Positions 10,564 to 19,922 of a stretch of DNA of 64,000 nt are shown one piece after another. The stretch is taken from assembly GCA_019308995.1 (NCBI GenBank), contig JAFDHD010000001.1, positions 64,241-128,240 on the forward strand, written 5' to 3'. Numbering within the stretch: position 1 is the first letter of the stretch; every line of letters begins with the position of its first letter. Below the pieces are notes generated by a model. It ran no database searches and was not told the origin of the DNA. It saw only the letters and a program-made list of their open reading frames with translations. The stretch is from Deltaproteobacteria bacterium. Lineage in GTDB: Bacteria > Desulfobacterota > Desulfarculia > Adiutricales > JAFDHD01. Position numbers and translations under genes: made by a program.

Positions 10564-12471
10564 ATGCTGGATGGATTAAGTTTTGAACTCTTCATGGCCA
10601 TCCTGGTCTCCGTAACGCCGGTGGTATGCTTCGGCCTGATCATGATCTTCACCCTTCGTTCCATTTCTGCTTCGGTCACGATAGGCATTATTGGTTCATT
10701 CCTGGTCTGGTTCGCCTCCCTCTATTTATTTATTCATCATTGGCCGGCTACGGAAGTTGTGATTCATCAAGCCAACTGGGTTGTCTCTGAAAGCATAAAA
10801 ATTCCTTTCGGCTTTTATTTCGATCCCCATTCTCTTCTGATGCTAATGATCGTGGCGACCATCAGCCTGGTTATCCAGATTTATTCCATGGGCTACATGG
10901 CTGGTGATCCCGGGAAGTCCCGGTATTACGCTTTTCTCTGTCTTTTCGCCTGGTCCATGATCAACCTCGTCATTGCCCCCGGTCTGCTTCAGCTTTATGT
11001 CTTCTGGGAACTTGTGGGCCTGTCTTCCTATCTGCTGATCGGGTTCTACTTTGAAAAATGGTCGGCCTCCGAAGCAGGCAAGAAGGCCTTTGTCATGACC
11101 AGGGCCGGTGACATCGGCTTCTTCATCGGTCTGGTGATGCTGATGCTGACCACCGGCCACCTTTCTGTGGCCGTATTCAGCGATGCGGCGGAGTTGAGCA
11201 AGGCTGGTCTGAGCCAAACTTTTTTGACCGTCTCGGCCATCCTGATTTTTTGCGGCGCAGTCGGGAAGTCTGCGCAGTTCCCGCTTTTGACCTGGCTTCC
11301 CGATGCCATGGAAGGTCCGACTCCGGTTTCAGCCCTGCTCCACTCTGCGACCATGGTTGCCGCCGGTGTCTATCTGACGGCCCGGGTCTTTCCTTTTTAC
11401 GAGGCCAGCGCCGCCGCCATGCTGGTGGTGCTGGTCATCGGGACCATCACCATGCTCCTCAGCTCGACCATGGCCATGACGGCCAGGGATATAAAACAGG
11501 TCTGGGCGTTTTCCACGGTCAGCCAGCTTGGGTTCATGTTCATGGGACTGGGCGCCGGCGCATATTTTGCCGGTGTTTTTCACCTGACGACTCATGCCTT
11601 TTTCAAAGCGCTTCTCTTCCTGTGCGCCGGCGTTTTCATTCATCATTTCGATACCAATGACTTCTTTGAGATGTCCAAGCTCGGAGCGCGCAAAATGCTC
11701 ATCCCCATGATCACCGTGACCATCGGTGTGTGCGCCCTGAGCGGTATCCCGCCCTTTTCCGGCTTTTTCTCCAAGGAGGCCATCATGGGCGCCCTGGCTG
11801 ACAAGCACAACAAGATCTGGCTCGTGGCCGGACTGTTAGGCGCGGCCATGACCGCTTACTATAGTTTCCGGGTCATCTTTACCATGTGGTTCCCCAAGGG
11901 CGAGTCAGTCGAGCATGGCCATGGACACGAAAGCGGCCATGGGGAAGGGCATGATGAAGGTCGCTGGGCCTGGGCCGTGGAATGGTCCATGCTCATCGTT
12001 CTACTGATATTAGCCGCCATTACGGTTGTCCTGGGCTTTTTTCATACCAGGATCGAGGTCTTTTTGACCGGACATCACGCAGAGCATGCTGGTAGTTATG
12101 TCGTTCTTGCCTTGGCCCTCCTCTGCGCCTTGGCCGGTGTGGTTCTGGCCTGGTTCGAGTTTGGAGCCAAAAAAGCCAAGCAGGTCGGCTTTCTGAGTTA
12201 CATCAAGCCGGTGGAGGCGCTGTTCTCCAACCGCTGGTACATGGACCATTTCTATCGTTGGCTTTTGGATTATGTCGCCTACGGCGTCTTTACCAATCTG
12301 TTTACACGAAATGACCGCGTGGTCATTGACGGCGGGATTGATGGTTTAACCAGATTTACCATTTCCATGGGAAGAGTCATCTCTCGCGTCCAATCCGGAC
12401 TCTTGCAGTATAACCTTTACCTCACCTTTTTTATTTTAGCCTTGATGGGACTCTACTTCCTCCTGGTTTAA
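10564..12471 (+). CDS. nuoL: NADH-quinone oxidoreductase subunit L
   Basis: 635-aa antiporter-like subunit (WLPDAMEGPTPVSALLHSATMVAAGVYL) with a His/Gly/Glu-rich insert at 11911-11961. Confidence 0.9.
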   Translation: MLDGLSFELFMAILVSVTPVVCFGLIMIFTLRSISASVTIGIIGSFLVWFASLYLFIHHWPATEVVIHQANWVVSESIKIPFGFYFDPHSLLMLMIVATISLVIQIYSMGYMAGDPGKSRYYAFLCLFAWSMINLVIAPGLLQLYVFWELVGLSSYLLIGFYFEKWSASEAGKKAFVMTRAGDIGFFIGLVMLMLTTGHLSVAVFSDAAELSKAGLSQTFLTVSAILIFCGAVGKSAQFPLLTWLPDAMEGPTPVSALLHSATMVAAGVYLTARVFPFYEASAAAMLVVLVIGTITMLLSSTMAMTARDIKQVWAFSTVSQLGFMFMGLGAGAYFAGVFHLTTHAFFKALLFLCAGVFIHHFDTNDFFEMSKLGARKMLIPMITVTIGVCALSGIPPFSGFFSKEAIMGALADKHNKIWLVAGLLGAAMTAYYSFRVIFTMWFPKGESVEHGHGHESGHGEGHDEGRWAWAVEWSMLIVLLILAAITVVLGFFHTRIEVFLTGHHAEHAGSYVVLALALLCALAGVVLAWFEFGAKKAKQVGFLSYIKPVEALFSNRWYMDHFYRWLLDYVAYGVFTNLFTRNDRVVIDGGIDGLTRFTISMGRVISRVQSGLLQYNLYLTFFILALMGLYFLLV

Positions 12472-12474
12472 GCT

Positions 12475-13962
12475 ATGACTGACTTTTACGAAATAATCCG
12501 GCAATGGCCTCTGCTGAGCGGCATTCAGGTGGTGACCGCCCTTGGTCTGCTGACCGTCATGCTCGTCCCGGAGAACCGGCCCGGGTTGATCAAGAAGTTG
12601 GCCGCCGTATTTTCCGGCGTGGACCTGTTGATCTGCATCCTCATTTTTCTGGCTTACGATCAGGAGGCAGGGGGGTTTCAGTTCGTTGAAAAGCATTTAT
12701 GGGTCAAGGCCCTGGGCATTCATTACTTCAATGCCGTGGACGGGATCAACCTGCCCATGATCCTCCTGACCGGTATTGTGCTTTTCACCGGCTGCCTGAC
12801 CATGTGGGAGTTGGAGAACCGGGTCAAGGAGTTCTTCGCTTTTTCCTTTCTCCTGGTTCTTGGCGTCTTCGGCGTCTTCATGTCCATGGACCTCTTCTTC
12901 CTTTTCGTCTATTACGACATCGCCCTCTTTCCGATGTACCCCCTGATTGCTATCTGGGGCAGCACGCGGAAGGAATACGGGGCCATGAAGCTGACGCTTT
13001 ACCTTCTGGCCGGGAGCGCGCTCATCCTGCCGGGTATCATCCTGCTTTACGTCAAGTCCGGCCTCTGGACCTTTGATATCATAGCCCTCAGCGGCGCTGA
13101 GTTCACCCCATATATCCAGAGTATCGGTTTTCTGCTCTTTTTTTTCGGTTTTGGGATCCTGGCTGGCGTCTGGCCGTTCCACACCTGGTCGCCCGTCGGC
13201 CATGTGGCCGCTCCGACTTCCGTGTCAATGATTCACGCCGGCGTGCTCATGAAACTGGGGGCCTATGGCGTCTTGCGGGTCGGAGCCTTTCTCTGCCCGG
13301 AAGGGTGGGTGCAGTGGGCCGATCTGATGGCGGTTCTGGCTGTCATAGGTATCTTGTATGGGGCCTTTGTCGGCCTGGCCCAGACAGACCTCAAGTACGT
13401 CATCGGCTACTCCTCGGTTTCTCACATGGGAATTGTGGGGTTGGGTTTATCTACGGTCACGGTGAGCGGTATGAATGGCGCCGTCTTTCAGATGTTTGCC
13501 CACGGCATCATGACCGCCCTCCTCTTCTCCTCCGTCGGTTACATCTATGACAAGACCCATACGAAAACGACTTTCGAGTTGGGAGGCATGTCCCGAAACA
13601 TGCCTGTCATTTCGGGCTTTTTTATCCTGGCCGCCCTGGCCGGCGTCGGCGTCCCATGTCTGGCCAGTTTCTGGGCCGAACTACTCGTTTTTATCTCGGC
13701 GGTTAAGGTCTATCCGGTCAGGGGGATACTGGCTATCAGCGGTTTGCTTATTTCCGCTCTGTTTATGCTGCGTGTGGTCATGAAGACTTATTACGGACCA
13801 GCCAACGAGAAATATGCCGGATTGTCCGACGTGACCGCCTGGCTGGCCACTCCCAGGGTTATCCTGGCTGGAGTCATCGTGTTTTTTGGTTTGTTCCCGT
13901 GGTTGATGTTGAATCTGATCCAGACCGCGACCGTGTCATTCCCCAAAGTCATGGGTTTTTAA
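12475..13962 (+). CDS. nuoM: NADH-quinone oxidoreductase subunit M
   Basis: 495-aa antiporter-like subunit (FHTWSPVGHVAAPTSVSMIHAGVLMKLGAYG). Confidence 0.9.
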   Translation: MTDFYEIIRQWPLLSGIQVVTALGLLTVMLVPENRPGLIKKLAAVFSGVDLLICILIFLAYDQEAGGFQFVEKHLWVKALGIHYFNAVDGINLPMILLTGIVLFTGCLTMWELENRVKEFFAFSFLLVLGVFGVFMSMDLFFLFVYYDIALFPMYPLIAIWGSTRKEYGAMKLTLYLLAGSALILPGIILLYVKSGLWTFDIIALSGAEFTPYIQSIGFLLFFFGFGILAGVWPFHTWSPVGHVAAPTSVSMIHAGVLMKLGAYGVLRVGAFLCPEGWVQWADLMAVLAVIGILYGAFVGLAQTDLKYVIGYSSVSHMGIVGLGLSTVTVSGMNGAVFQMFAHGIMTALLFSSVGYIYDKTHTKTTFELGGMSRNMPVISGFFILAALAGVGVPCLASFWAELLVFISAVKVYPVRGILAISGLLISALFMLRVVMKTYYGPANEKYAGLSDVTAWLATPRVILAGVIVFFGLFPWLMLNLIQTATVSFPKVMGF

Positions 13963-14000
13963 CTGGTTGAGGTGCTGATTTAGCCTGAAATACTGAGTTT

Positions 14001-15440
14001 GTGATGCAAGACCAAATTATTTTATTTCTTCCGGAACTGTTCTTTCTGTTGATGGCCCTGGTCCTGTTCGGGTTGACCCTTGGGTCCGGCCGGCCGAAGC
14101 CGCGGCGGGATTACTATGTAGCCCTGGTTCTCGGCGCGGTGGGATTGGTCCTCACCCTGGGTTCGATCAAGGCAGAGGGACACCTCTTTTTCCAGGCTTA
14201 CCGGCTTGACCTTTTCTCTCAGCTTTTTAAATGTTTCTTGAGCTTCGGCCTGTTTCTGGTCATCTGCATCTCCTCGCGGCTGGATGACATCGAGGAGCGG
14301 CGGCATCCTGAATTCTACCTCTTCCTGACTACTTCTACCCTGGGGATGATGCTGCTGGTCTCAGCCGTGGAACTTATCACTCTCTTCGTCGCTCTGGAAC
14401 TGTCTTCCTACTCCCTGTATATCCTGATTCCGCTCCGCAAGGGGTCTAGCCATAGCACCGAGGCTGGAATCAAATTCTTTTTCATCGGCGCCATGGCTTC
14501 CGCCACCATGCTTTTTGGTATGAGCTACCTGTACGGTGTCTGCCATACCACCTATCTGACCGGAATTCTGAGCAGCCTGCCAGCGCAGATCCATGCGCCC
14601 GGCGCTGTAATTGGAATGGTCTTGACCCTCTGCGGCCTCTTTTTCAAACTGGCTGTCTTTCCCTTTCACAATTGGGCCCCGGACGTCTATGAAGGGGGAA
14701 CTAACCAGGTTATCACCTTTATCGCCACCGCTTCCAAGCTGGCTGGTATGGCCATCCTGATTCGACTGACAGCCCTGACAAATGGAAGCAGCGCCTACCT
14801 GATCAACCTGCTGATCGTGTTATCAATGATTGGCATGACCTTCGGCAATCTGGTCGCCATCAAACAGAAAGACTTCAAACGTCTGCTGGCTTACTCCTCT
14901 ATCGCTCACGCCGGGTACATTCTTATAGGTATCCTGACCATGTCTAAACTGGGTTACAGCAGTGTGATTTATTATGCCTTAGCCTACCTGATTTTGAATT
15001 TCGCCTGTTTCATGGTTTTGATAACCACCTCTGAAAAAGGTAAAAACGTTGCGATCGAGGACTTCAACGGGTTATACAGCCGAGCGCCGCTGCTGGCCAT
15101 GACCTTGCTTCTGGGTGTGTTTGGGCTTGCCGGTCTGCCTCCGACCGGCGGGTTCACTAGCAAGTTTCTTGTTTTTATCGCGGCCATAGAAAAAGGCTAC
15201 TTTTGGCTCGTCGTCTTTGCCATGGTCAACGTAACCATCTCCCTTTACTACTATATCAACGTTGTTAAAGCCGCTTATCTCAATCCTCCGGCTGAAGGCA
15301 GTGAAAAAATAAAGATCTCAGTCCCCTTGCGCCTCCTCAATTATGTGGTCATCATCATTATCCTCTGGCTGGGGCTCTATCCCGCCACGCTTCTTGATCG
15401 GGCCAGAACAGCGGCCGAGGCTGTGTTAGCCGTGCTCTAA
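14001..15440 (+). CDS. nuoN: NADH-quinone oxidoreductase subunit N
   Basis: 479-aa antiporter-like subunit (FHNWAPDVYEGGTNQVITFIATASK). The start is either GTG 14001 or ATG 14004. Confidence 0.9.
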   Translation: MMQDQIILFLPELFFLLMALVLFGLTLGSGRPKPRRDYYVALVLGAVGLVLTLGSIKAEGHLFFQAYRLDLFSQLFKCFLSFGLFLVICISSRLDDIEERRHPEFYLFLTTSTLGMMLLVSAVELITLFVALELSSYSLYILIPLRKGSSHSTEAGIKFFFIGAMASATMLFGMSYLYGVCHTTYLTGILSSLPAQIHAPGAVIGMVLTLCGLFFKLAVFPFHNWAPDVYEGGTNQVITFIATASKLAGMAILIRLTALTNGSSAYLINLLIVLSMIGMTFGNLVAIKQKDFKRLLAYSSIAHAGYILIGILTMSKLGYSSVIYYALAYLILNFACFMVLITTSEKGKNVAIEDFNGLYSRAPLLAMTLLLGVFGLAGLPPTGGFTSKFLVFIAAIEKGYFWLVVFAMVNVTISLYYYINVVKAAYLNPPAEGSEKIKISVPLRLLNYVVIIIILWLGLYPATLLDRARTAAEAVLAVL

Positions 15441-15451
15441 GAGAGAAAATC

Positions 15452-16225
15452 ATGCTCACTTTGATGAAACGACAAGATCCTTTTACTATTAAACGCACCT
15501 GGCGTGATGATGAAATGAGAGACGCCAGGGCGCGGGGCGAGAAGTTGAATAACTCTCCAGTAACGGCCTTGACCTTCTGTCATCACCCTGAATGTGCGCG
15601 GGATATTGCAGAGCTCAAGACGACCTTCAAGAGGGAGATCGCCAGGGTCGGTTATGAGGATGTGTCGCTTTTGGACACCAAGACTATCTGTTCTGGCAGC
15701 TGCAGTCGCGGCCCATACATTGGAATGATGGGCCTGGGTCTTTTTTACCGGGGTATCAGGAAAATAGAGGTCTCGGAACTGCTTTACGAGACCTTGTTCA
15801 AGAACAAGTTTTTATTTCACCGCATTGCCCTCGATCCCTTGAAGTGCACCGATCCGCGAGTAATCTTCCATTACAAGGAAGGGGTATTGGTCACTCTGGA
15901 CCCGAAAACCTGCATGGTTGGCCTGGCTAAGTATTTATATGAGTTTAACGCCCTCGAATCATGCGGTAAGTGCACCCCTTGCCGTGCCGGATGCTTTCAT
16001 GTGACTGAAATTATGAAGGCCCTAGTGGAAGGCAGTGCCACGGCCGGCGACCTGACGCAGCTTGAGGCTTTGATCTGGTTAATGGATCAAGGGGCTTACT
16101 GCGAATTTGCTCCCAAGGTGGCTTCCTCCATTACCCTGACTCTTAAAGAGTTTCGGGAGGAATACGAGGCTCATCTTAATGGCGGCACCTGTGCCATCGC
16201 AGGATGCGGCGATTGGGGTCTGTAA
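15452..16225 (+). CDS. Fe-S protein with a NuoE-like [2Fe-2S] motif and a NuoF C-terminal-like [4Fe-4S] motif, lacking an FMN/NADH domain
   Basis: 257 aa. The N-terminal half has CHHPEC-X31-CSGSC, matching the CX4C...CX3C pattern of thioredoxin-like 2Fe-2S ferredoxins. The C-terminal half has ESCGKCTPCR-X36-C, matching the NuoF N3-cluster region. No glycine-rich flavin or NAD motif is visible. The gene sits 11 nt after nuoN and is followed by a terminator. Confidence 0.65.
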   Translation: MLTLMKRQDPFTIKRTWRDDEMRDARARGEKLNNSPVTALTFCHHPECARDIAELKTTFKREIARVGYEDVSLLDTKTICSGSCSRGPYIGMMGLGLFYRGIRKIEVSELLYETLFKNKFLFHRIALDPLKCTDPRVIFHYKEGVLVTLDPKTCMVGLAKYLYEFNALESCGKCTPCRAGCFHVTEIMKALVEGSATAGDLTQLEALIWLMDQGAYCEFAPKVASSITLTLKEFREEYEAHLNGGTCAIAGCGDWGL

Positions 16226-16300
16226 AAATTATTTACAGGCTTATTCCTGTTAAAAATATCTATTAGCGCGTCTTTGAATCAGACTTATATTTTTCATTTG

Positions 16301-16336
16301 GGGGGACGTTTTAATAGAAAGTCCCCCTCTTTTTTT
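16301..16336 (+). terminator. Rho-independent terminator closing the nuo operon
   Basis: The stem GGGGGAC (16301-16307) pairs with GTCCCCC (16321-16327), followed by TCTTTTTTT. Confidence 0.6.
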
Positions 16337-16455
16337 ATAAGCTTTTTAGCTGACGTTTCTTTGCTTGAAAAAAAAACAGCGATATGTCAACATTTAAGTA
16401 TTCAGATTTGAAAACTGATTTCCAAGAAAAATAAATTAATAAGAGGTTGCGGACA

Positions 16456-19149
16456 GTGGCTAAGAAGTTTGTTTACACCTTTGGGGGAGGCCGGGCCGAT
16501 GGGTCGGCTGAGATGAAAAATTTACTGGGGGGCAAGGGCGCTAACCTGGCCGAAATGGCCAGGATCGGTATTCCTGTTCCGGCTGGATTCACCATTACGA
16601 CCGAAGTTTGCACGGCTTATTACGAGAACAAGGGGAAGTACCCGCCTGAACTGCCGAAACAGGTCAACAAAGCTATTAAGTTTATCGAGGAACAGATGGA
16701 AACCCGCTTCGGTAATCCGGATGATCCTCTCCTGCTTTCAGTCCGCTCCGGGTCCAGGGTTTCCATGCCCGGCATGATGGATACCGTCCTGAACATCGGC
16801 CTTAATGACCGCACGGTTGAAGGTCTGATTAACAAGACCGGGAATCCCCGTTTCGTTTACGACGCCTATCGTCGCTTCGTTTCCATGTATGGGGACGTGG
16901 TCATGGGTGTCAAAGCTGAAGCCATGGAGGAGGACCCTTTTGAGGTCGTCATGCAGAAACGGAAAAACCAGAAGGGGATTACACAGGACCTTGAACTGGA
17001 TGTGGAAGACCTGAAGTGGCTGGTTAAGGAATTCAAGGCCATGATCAAACAAAGACTCAAGGTGGACTTCCCTGAGGAGCCGGAAGATCAGCTCTGGGGC
17101 GGTATCGGCGCGGTATTCAGCTCCTGGATGGTGCCGCGGGCCGTTTCTTACCGCGAGCTGCACCACATCCCTGGCGACTGGGGAACGGCTGTCAGTATCC
17201 AGGCCATGGTTTTTGGAAACATGGGCCATGATTCCGCCACAGGCGTGGCCTTTACTCGCGATCCAGCCACGGGTGAAAACTACTTTTATGGTGAGTACCT
17301 GACGAACGCTCAGGGCGAGGACGTCGTTGCGGGCATCCGAACCCCTCAACCCATTAACCGTTCAAAACCGGTAGTTGCGGATGCGGTCTCTCTCGATGAA
17401 ATCATGCCTGAAATCTATAAAGAGTTGGATGATATCCGCAGTAAACTGGAAAAGCATTACCGGGAGATGGAGGATGTCGAGTTCACCATTCAGCAAGGCA
17501 AGCTGTGGATGCTTCAGACCAGGACTGGCAAACGGACAGCCCGCGCAGCCATTAAAATTGCTCACGATATGGTCAAAGAGAACCTGATTTCCAGAGAGGA
17601 AGCCGTTGCCAGGATTGACCCGGATCAGCTCGATCAGCTCCTCCACCCCATGTTCGATCCTCAGGCTGAAAAAAAGGTGCTGGCCAAGGGTTTGCCAGCT
17701 TCCCCCGGCGCGGCCGTGGGGCAGGTTGTTTTTTCGGCGGAAGACGCAGAAGAATTACACGATAATGGTCATGAGGTCATTTTAGTTCGTATCGAAACCT
17801 CACCGGACGACATCCGGGGAATGCATGCGGCCGAAGGCATTCTGACAGCCCGCGGCGGCATGACTTCTCACGCCGCCGTGGTGGCTCGCGGTATGGGTAA
17901 GTGTTGCGTTGCCGGCGTCTCCGAGATCAATGTGGATTACGCTAAAGAAGTTTTTCATGTGGGCGACCAGACGATCAGGAAGATGGACTGGATATCGCTT
18001 GATGGTACCTTGGGCGAGGTTGTCGAGGGGAAACTCCCCACTGTTGCTCCTCAGGTGGCCGGTGATTTTGAAACGATCATGAAATGGGTGGATGAAATCC
18101 GCCGTCTGGGGGTTCGAACCAATGCTGACACGCCTCACGACGCCAAGACCGCCCTGGATTTTGGCGCAAAAGGCATCGGACTTTGTCGAACTGAGCATAT
18201 GTTCTTCGAAGGCGAACGTATTGACGCCGTGCGGCAGATGATCCTGGCCTCAGACCAGGAAGGCCGCCAGGAGGCCCTGGCTAAGATTGAGCCGATGCAG
18301 CGCCAGGATTTTGAAGGCATCTTTCGGGTCATGGATGGTCTGCCAGTGACCATTCGCACCCTTGATCCCCCTCTGCATGAGTTTCTGCCTCATACAGAGG
18401 AGGAAATGAAGGACCTGGCCGAACAGATGAAGGTCAAGGTTGAGGTTATCAAGGAGAAGGTTGACAGCCTCTATGAAGCCAATCCCATGCTCGGGCATCG
18501 CGGCTGCCGTCTGGGGATCATTTATCCTGAGATCACGGAGATGCAGGCCAGGGCCATTTTCAAGGCTGCCTGCCAGGTCATCAAGGAAGGGAAAAAGGTT
18601 TATCCTGAAATCATGATTCCGCTGGTGGGCCATGTCAACGAACTGAAACTCCAGAAAGAGATCGTGGACAAGGCGGCCGTTGAGGTTATGGAAGAGATGA
18701 ACTGCAAGATCGAATACCTGGTTGGCACCATGATCGAACTGCCTCGGGCGGCCGTAACCGCCGATCAGATTGCTCAGGTAGCTGAATTCTTTTCATTTGG
18801 GACCAATGACCTGACCCAAACCACCTTTGGCCTCTCCCGGGACGATGCCGGTAAATTCCTTCCGGACTATGTCAAACAGGGCATCCTGGAAAGGGACCCC
18901 TTTATAATTCTCGATCAGGAAGGTGTGGGCTTTCTGGTCCGCATGGGCCTGGAGAAAGGACGCCAGACAAAACCCAAGCTGAAGGTGGGCATCTGCGGCG
19001 AACACGGCGGCGAACCCAGCTCTGTGGAATTCTGCCATGAAATCGGCATGGATTATGTATCGTGTTCCCCATACCGCGTGCCTATTGCCCGCCTGGCTGC
19101 GGCCCAGGCAGTGATCAAGGAAAAACGAGAAATTGAGCGGGATGTATAG
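16456..19149 (+). CDS. ppdK: Pyruvate, phosphate dikinase
   Basis: About 897 aa with the catalytic His region [16 protein letters not shown] and the PEP-utilising C-terminal domain. I prefer the GTG at 16456, which lies 9 nt after AAGAGG, over the TTG at 16447. Confidence 0.95.
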   Translation: MAKKFVYTFGGGRADGSAEMKNLLGGKGANLAEMARIGIPVPAGFTITTEVCTAYYENKGKYPPELPKQVNKAIKFIEEQMETRFGNPDDPLLLSVRSGSRVSMPGMMDTVLNIGLNDRTVEGLINKTGNPRFVYDAYRRFVSMYGDVVMGVKAEAMEEDPFEVVMQKRKNQKGITQDLELDVEDLKWLVKEFKAMIKQRLKVDFPEEPEDQLWGGIGAVFSSWMVPRAVSYRELHHIPGDWGTAVSIQAMVFGNMGHDSATGVAFTRDPATGENYFYGEYLTNAQGEDVVAGIRTPQPINRSKPVVADAVSLDEIMPEIYKELDDIRSKLEKHYREMEDVEFTIQQGKLWMLQTRTGKRTARAAIKIAHDMVKENLISREEAVARIDPDQLDQLLHPMFDPQAEKKVLAKGLPASPGAAVGQVVFSAEDAEELHDNGHEVILVRIETSPDDIRGMHAAEGILTARGGMTSHAAVVARGMGKCCVAGVSEINVDYAKEVFHVGDQTIRKMDWISLDGTLGEVVEGKLPTVAPQVAGDFETIMKWVDEIRRLGVRTNADTPHDAKTALDFGAKGIGLCRTEHMFFEGERIDAVRQMILASDQEGRQEALAKIEPMQRQDFEGIFRVMDGLPVTIRTLDPPLHEFLPHTEEEMKDLAEQMKVKVEVIKEKVDSLYEANPMLGHRGCRLGIIYPEITEMQARAIFKAACQVIKEGKKVYPEIMIPLVGHVNELKLQKEIVDKAAVEVMEEMNCKIEYLVGTMIELPRAAVTADQIAQVAEFFSFGTNDLTQTTFGLSRDDAGKFLPDYVKQGILERDPFIILDQEGVGFLVRMGLEKGRQTKPKLKVGICGEHGGEPSSVEFCHEIGMDYVSCSPYRVPIARLAAAQAVIKEKREIERDV

Positions 19150-19272
19150 ATTCCAGCATCAGGCCAGCGAGCGTATCATTTAAGCCCTGACCACCTTATC
19201 GCAAGGGCGGTCAATTAATGTGCTATGAACACCGGCAATTTTATCTGCTATTGACAACCAGCCCGAAATAAC

Positions 19273-19301
19273 TTGACAATCCTGGGGGGATACACTATAG
19301 T
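19273..19301 (+). promoter_or_regulatory. Near-consensus sigma70 promoter about 620 nt upstream of rho
   Basis: TTGACA-N17-TATAGT. Confidence 0.45.
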
Positions 19302-19655
19302 TTAATAGAGTTATCTTATAGTCGCGTAATCTTCATGCGCAGGGAGCAAATTCCACCCCAATTCAATGAATAGCATGGACTTCCCGTTAGACTGCTTGGT
19401 TATTATTCTTAAGTCCTAAAAAATCCTACAGTGGAAATAGCTGGATCTGGCTTTATTCGTTGAGAATAGAGTAAGTTGACACCAAGATAAAAATTGAATT
19501 ATCCCTACCCGGATGGCTCTCAGCGCGAATGAGGCTAAATCTTCTAACCTTTATTCAATGCCTGGTGATGGACCGTGGGTGGAATTATCTAATAGAGAGA
19601 ATGTTAAAAAGATGTTCTGATTGAAAAGTCCAGGATTGCTTCATCGCTCACGCTT

Positions 19656-19701
19656 CTCGCAATGACATTTTATAATAATATCAATCGTATGTTATTGCGA
19701 G
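19656..19701. repeat. Two inverted copies of the GT(C/T)ATTGCGAG repeat family
   Basis: ctcgcaatgac (19656-19666) and gttattgcgag (19691-19701) face each other. On the minus strand, 19656-19685 is identical to 26060-26089 over 30 nt. Confidence 0.7.
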
Positions 19702-19922
19702 CCCTTGGCTCACGCTCTGGACAGGCTCCGTAAAGTAATCTCTTCTTTAGTTTCCCCCTGAAAAGGTTTATCGGAATATTATTTTTTTGATCGCAATAAA
19801 TAAGGCATATCGAATTTTTTTCCCGGCTCCAGATCGTCAGGACCGTTTCGGGATCAAAAACAAATAAGGAAGTTACATTAAAAAAGGGATGATAATAGAC
19901 ACCATTCATCCCAGGGAAAGGA

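Noticed and set aside
19621-19640. gaaaagtccagg, reminiscent of the GGAAAGUCCGGGC core of RNase P RNA
   Set aside because: Only about 10 nt match loosely, and none of the other conserved RNase P regions are present nearby.
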